A stretch of DNA of 24,000 nt from Candidatus Nanohaloarchaea archaeon (lineage in GTDB: Archaea > Nanohalarchaeota > Nanosalinia > Nanosalinales > Nanosalinaceae), in assembly GCA_042217585.1 (NCBI GenBank), contig JBDGSJ010000011.1, forward strand, positions 14,228 through 38,227. The letters run 5' to 3'. The notes beneath the pieces are model-generated. The model had not been told where the DNA came from and did no database searches. It saw only the letters and a list, made by a program, of their open reading frames with translations. Numbering within the stretch: position 1 is the first letter of the stretch; each line of letters opens with the position of its first letter. Shown here in pieces: positions 22,346 to 24,000 of this stretch. A program made the position numbers and the translations under genes.

Positions 22346-23545
22346 ATGAAAGCCGTGATACTAGCCGCGGGACGGGGAACGCGTATGAGGCCGCTGACCG
22401 ATGACACCCCGAAGCCTATGTTACCGGTCGCAGGTAAACCCGTGATGAAGCACAGCATCGATCTGCTGGAGGACCTGGTCGACGAGGTGATAGTCGTCGC
22501 GGGCCACATGAAGGAGCAGATAGAAAAGGATCTTGACGTGACGGTGGTTGAGCAGGAGGAGGCGCTCGGGACCGGCCACGCCGCTCTCCAGGCCCGCGAA
22601 CACGTTGACGGACCGGCGGTCATACTGAACGGTGACGATATCTACGGCGAGGGGCTGAGAGAGGCTGTCCAGAAGGACTCCGCGATGATGGTCCACAGCG
22701 TCGACGACCCTTCAGACTACGGCGTCGTCGAGACCCGGGAAGGGACGGTCGAGGACCTCGTCGAGAAACCAGGTGATCCGTCCACCGACCTCGCGAACAC
22801 GGGAGTCTACGTCGTGAAGGAGAGGTTCTTCGACCTGCTGGAGGGCCTTGAGAAGTCGGAGAGAGGTGAGTACGAGATAACCGACGCGGTCCGGAAGTAC
22901 GCAGAGGACGAGGAGCTAGAGGCCGTCGAGGCAGAAACCTGGCTGCCCTGCAACTATCCTTGGGAGCTACTTGAGGCTAACAGGAAACTTCTGGAGCCTG
23001 AAAGACTGATAGAGGGAGATGTCGATCCATCCGCGAGGGTGAACGGGGACGTGGTCGTCGAGGAGGGAGCCGTGGTCCGGGAGTACTCCGTGATAGAGGG
23101 ACCTGCGGTGATCAGGAAGGGATGCGACATAGGACCCCACGCCCATATCAGAGGGCCGGTCGTGCTGGAGGAGAACGTTCACGTCGGCAGTTCGGAGGTG
23201 AAGTCATCCGTGATCCGGGAGGGGTCCAACGTGCCGCACCAGAACTACGTCGGGAACTCCTACGTCGGAAAGGACGTGAACATGGGCGCCGGCTCGAAGA
23301 CCGCTAACCTGCTCAACGATGGTTCCACGGTCCGGATGGAGGTCAAGGGCGAACTCGTGGATACCGGGAGGAGAAAAATGGGAGCCGTGATCGGTTCCGG
23401 CGCCTCGATAGGCGTCAACAGCTCGATAAAACCAGGGAGGAAGATCGGGTTGAACGCCTCCACCGACGTCGGCGAGAAGGTTTCCCGGACCCTCCCGCAG
23501 AACTCCGTTCTGAAGGACGGTGAGATAGTTGAAAATAGGGATTGA
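22346..23545 (+). CDS. Sugar-1-phosphate nucleotidyltransferase with C-terminal left-handed beta-helix (GlmU/ST0452-like architecture)
   Basis: The ORF track gives 22205..23545. The true start is ATG at 22346, 5 nt after the upstream stop. It has the canonical MKAVILAAGRGTRMRPLTDDTPKPMLPVAGKP, plus ILNGDDIY, LVEKPGDPSTDLANTGVYVV, and hexapeptide repeats from residue ~235 to the end. Confidence 0.9.
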   Translation: MKAVILAAGRGTRMRPLTDDTPKPMLPVAGKPVMKHSIDLLEDLVDEVIVVAGHMKEQIEKDLDVTVVEQEEALGTGHAALQAREHVDGPAVILNGDDIYGEGLREAVQKDSAMMVHSVDDPSDYGVVETREGTVEDLVEKPGDPSTDLANTGVYVVKERFFDLLEGLEKSERGEYEITDAVRKYAEDEELEAVEAETWLPCNYPWELLEANRKLLEPERLIEGDVDPSARVNGDVVVEEGAVVREYSVIEGPAVIRKGCDIGPHAHIRGPVVLEENVHVGSSEVKSSVIREGSNVPHQNYVGNSYVGKDVNMGAGSKTANLLNDGSTVRMEVKGELVDTGRRKMGAVIGSGASIGVNSSIKPGRKIGLNASTDVGEKVSRTLPQNSVLKDGEIVENRD

Positions 23546-24000
23546 CTTCGACAGGGTCCTGTTCGACACCGACGCGTTCAAGGACCACCTGTTCTCGACT
23601 TTCCCGGACTTCGATACCACCTACGACCGCGCAAAGCAGGACGGCGTCTATGACCCGGAGAGGCACGCCCGGCTGATGGGTGTCGAACCGGAGGAGATAT
23701 ACCGGGAGCTGGACCGCGCCGACCGTTTCCTCTACAGCGATGTCGAGGTCCTGAAGGAAGTGGACCACAGGGTCGTTATCGTGACGCGGGGAGACCAGGA
23801 GTTCCAGGAGCTGAAGCTGGAAAGGTCCGGCGTCCTTGAGTACGTGGACGGATATATCGTCGTGCAGGACGCTCCAAAGGGCAGGGATGTCGACTTCCTG
23901 ATCGACGACAGGGAGAAGGAAGTACAGAGAGCTGACGTGCCCGGACACGTGATGGACCGGGACCGCGAGGGACTGGACGAGGTCCTGAGGAGGGTTGGAG
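23529..24000 (+). CDS. HAD-superfamily hydrolase-like protein (partial, runs off the right edge)
   Basis: Absent from the ORF track because it has no stop in the window. From TTG at 23529 (GGTGA 6 nt upstream, in-frame TAG immediately before) it reads (M)KIGIDFDRVLFDTDAFKDHLF...VVIVTRGDQEFQELKLERSGVLEYVDGYIVV...DFLIDDREKEV. The DxD nucleophile motif and late DD motif fit a HAD fold. It overlaps the upstream gene by 17 nt. Confidence 0.55.
   Translation, partial: MKIGIDFDRVLFDTDAFKDHLFSTFPDFDTTYDRAKQDGVYDPERHARLMGVEPEEIYRELDRADRFLYSDVEVLKEVDHRVVIVTRGDQEFQELKLERSGVLEYVDGYIVVQDAPKGRDVDFLIDDREKEVQRADVPGHVMDRDREGLDEVLRRVG

Overview
This is an archaeal chromosomal window made up mostly of housekeeping genes. 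All product calls rest on my reading of the translated ORFs and the raw sequence; no database search was run.

Layout:
- Positions 1-8098 (minus strand) carry the conserved archaeal ribosomal-protein cluster in canonical order: uL3, uL4, uL23, uL2, uS19, uL22, uS3, uL29, SUI1/aIF1, RNase P Rpp29, uS17, uL14, uL24, S4e, uL5. The uL5 gene is cut by the left edge.
- Next come a small acidic ORF, the RtcB RNA ligase with its activator archease, an archaeal-type cytidylate kinase, a DUF763 protein and a hypothetical protein.
- These are followed by an intron-containing tRNA-Asp(GUC) and a low-GC free-standing HTH + double-LAGLIDADG endonuclease-like gene.
- The rest holds an FAD/NAD oxidoreductase, a hypothetical protein, diphthamide synthase Dph2, a PEP-utilizer-like protein, uL16 (L10e) and a divergent pair (small acidic protein / HExxH protein).
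- The window ends with a sugar-nucleotide cluster: a Gfo/Idh/MocA-like oxidoreductase, two tandem nucleotidyltransferase + left-handed beta-helix paralogs, and a partial HAD-like hydrolase.

General character:
- The encoded proteins are strongly acidic and Glu-rich. Several ribosomal proteins carry long poly-acidic tails.
- Promoters are TATA-type. Many sit about 25-30 nt upstream of start codons, which suggests leaderless mRNAs, while operon-internal genes use GGAGGTGA-like ribosome-binding sites.
- This fits a salt-in halophilic archaeon with compact gene spacing. A Nanohaloarchaeota/DPANN-like origin is only my inference.

What I did not find: no CRISPR array, rRNA, transposase, integrase or recognisable multi-gene defence system, and no convincing novel system.

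The most unusual locus is 12.83-13.9 kb. It holds the intron-bearing tRNA-Asp, orphan copies of tRNA 3' and 5' ends on either side of it, and the compositionally foreign HTH-LAGLIDADG gene.

Secondary curiosities:
- hyper-acidic extensions on uL24 and uS3
- a PEP-utilizer-like protein whose swivel-domain catalytic His is replaced by Thr
- a nucleotidyltransferase paralog that has lost the GxGTR signature
- two structured non-coding stretches in the ribosomal-protein cluster
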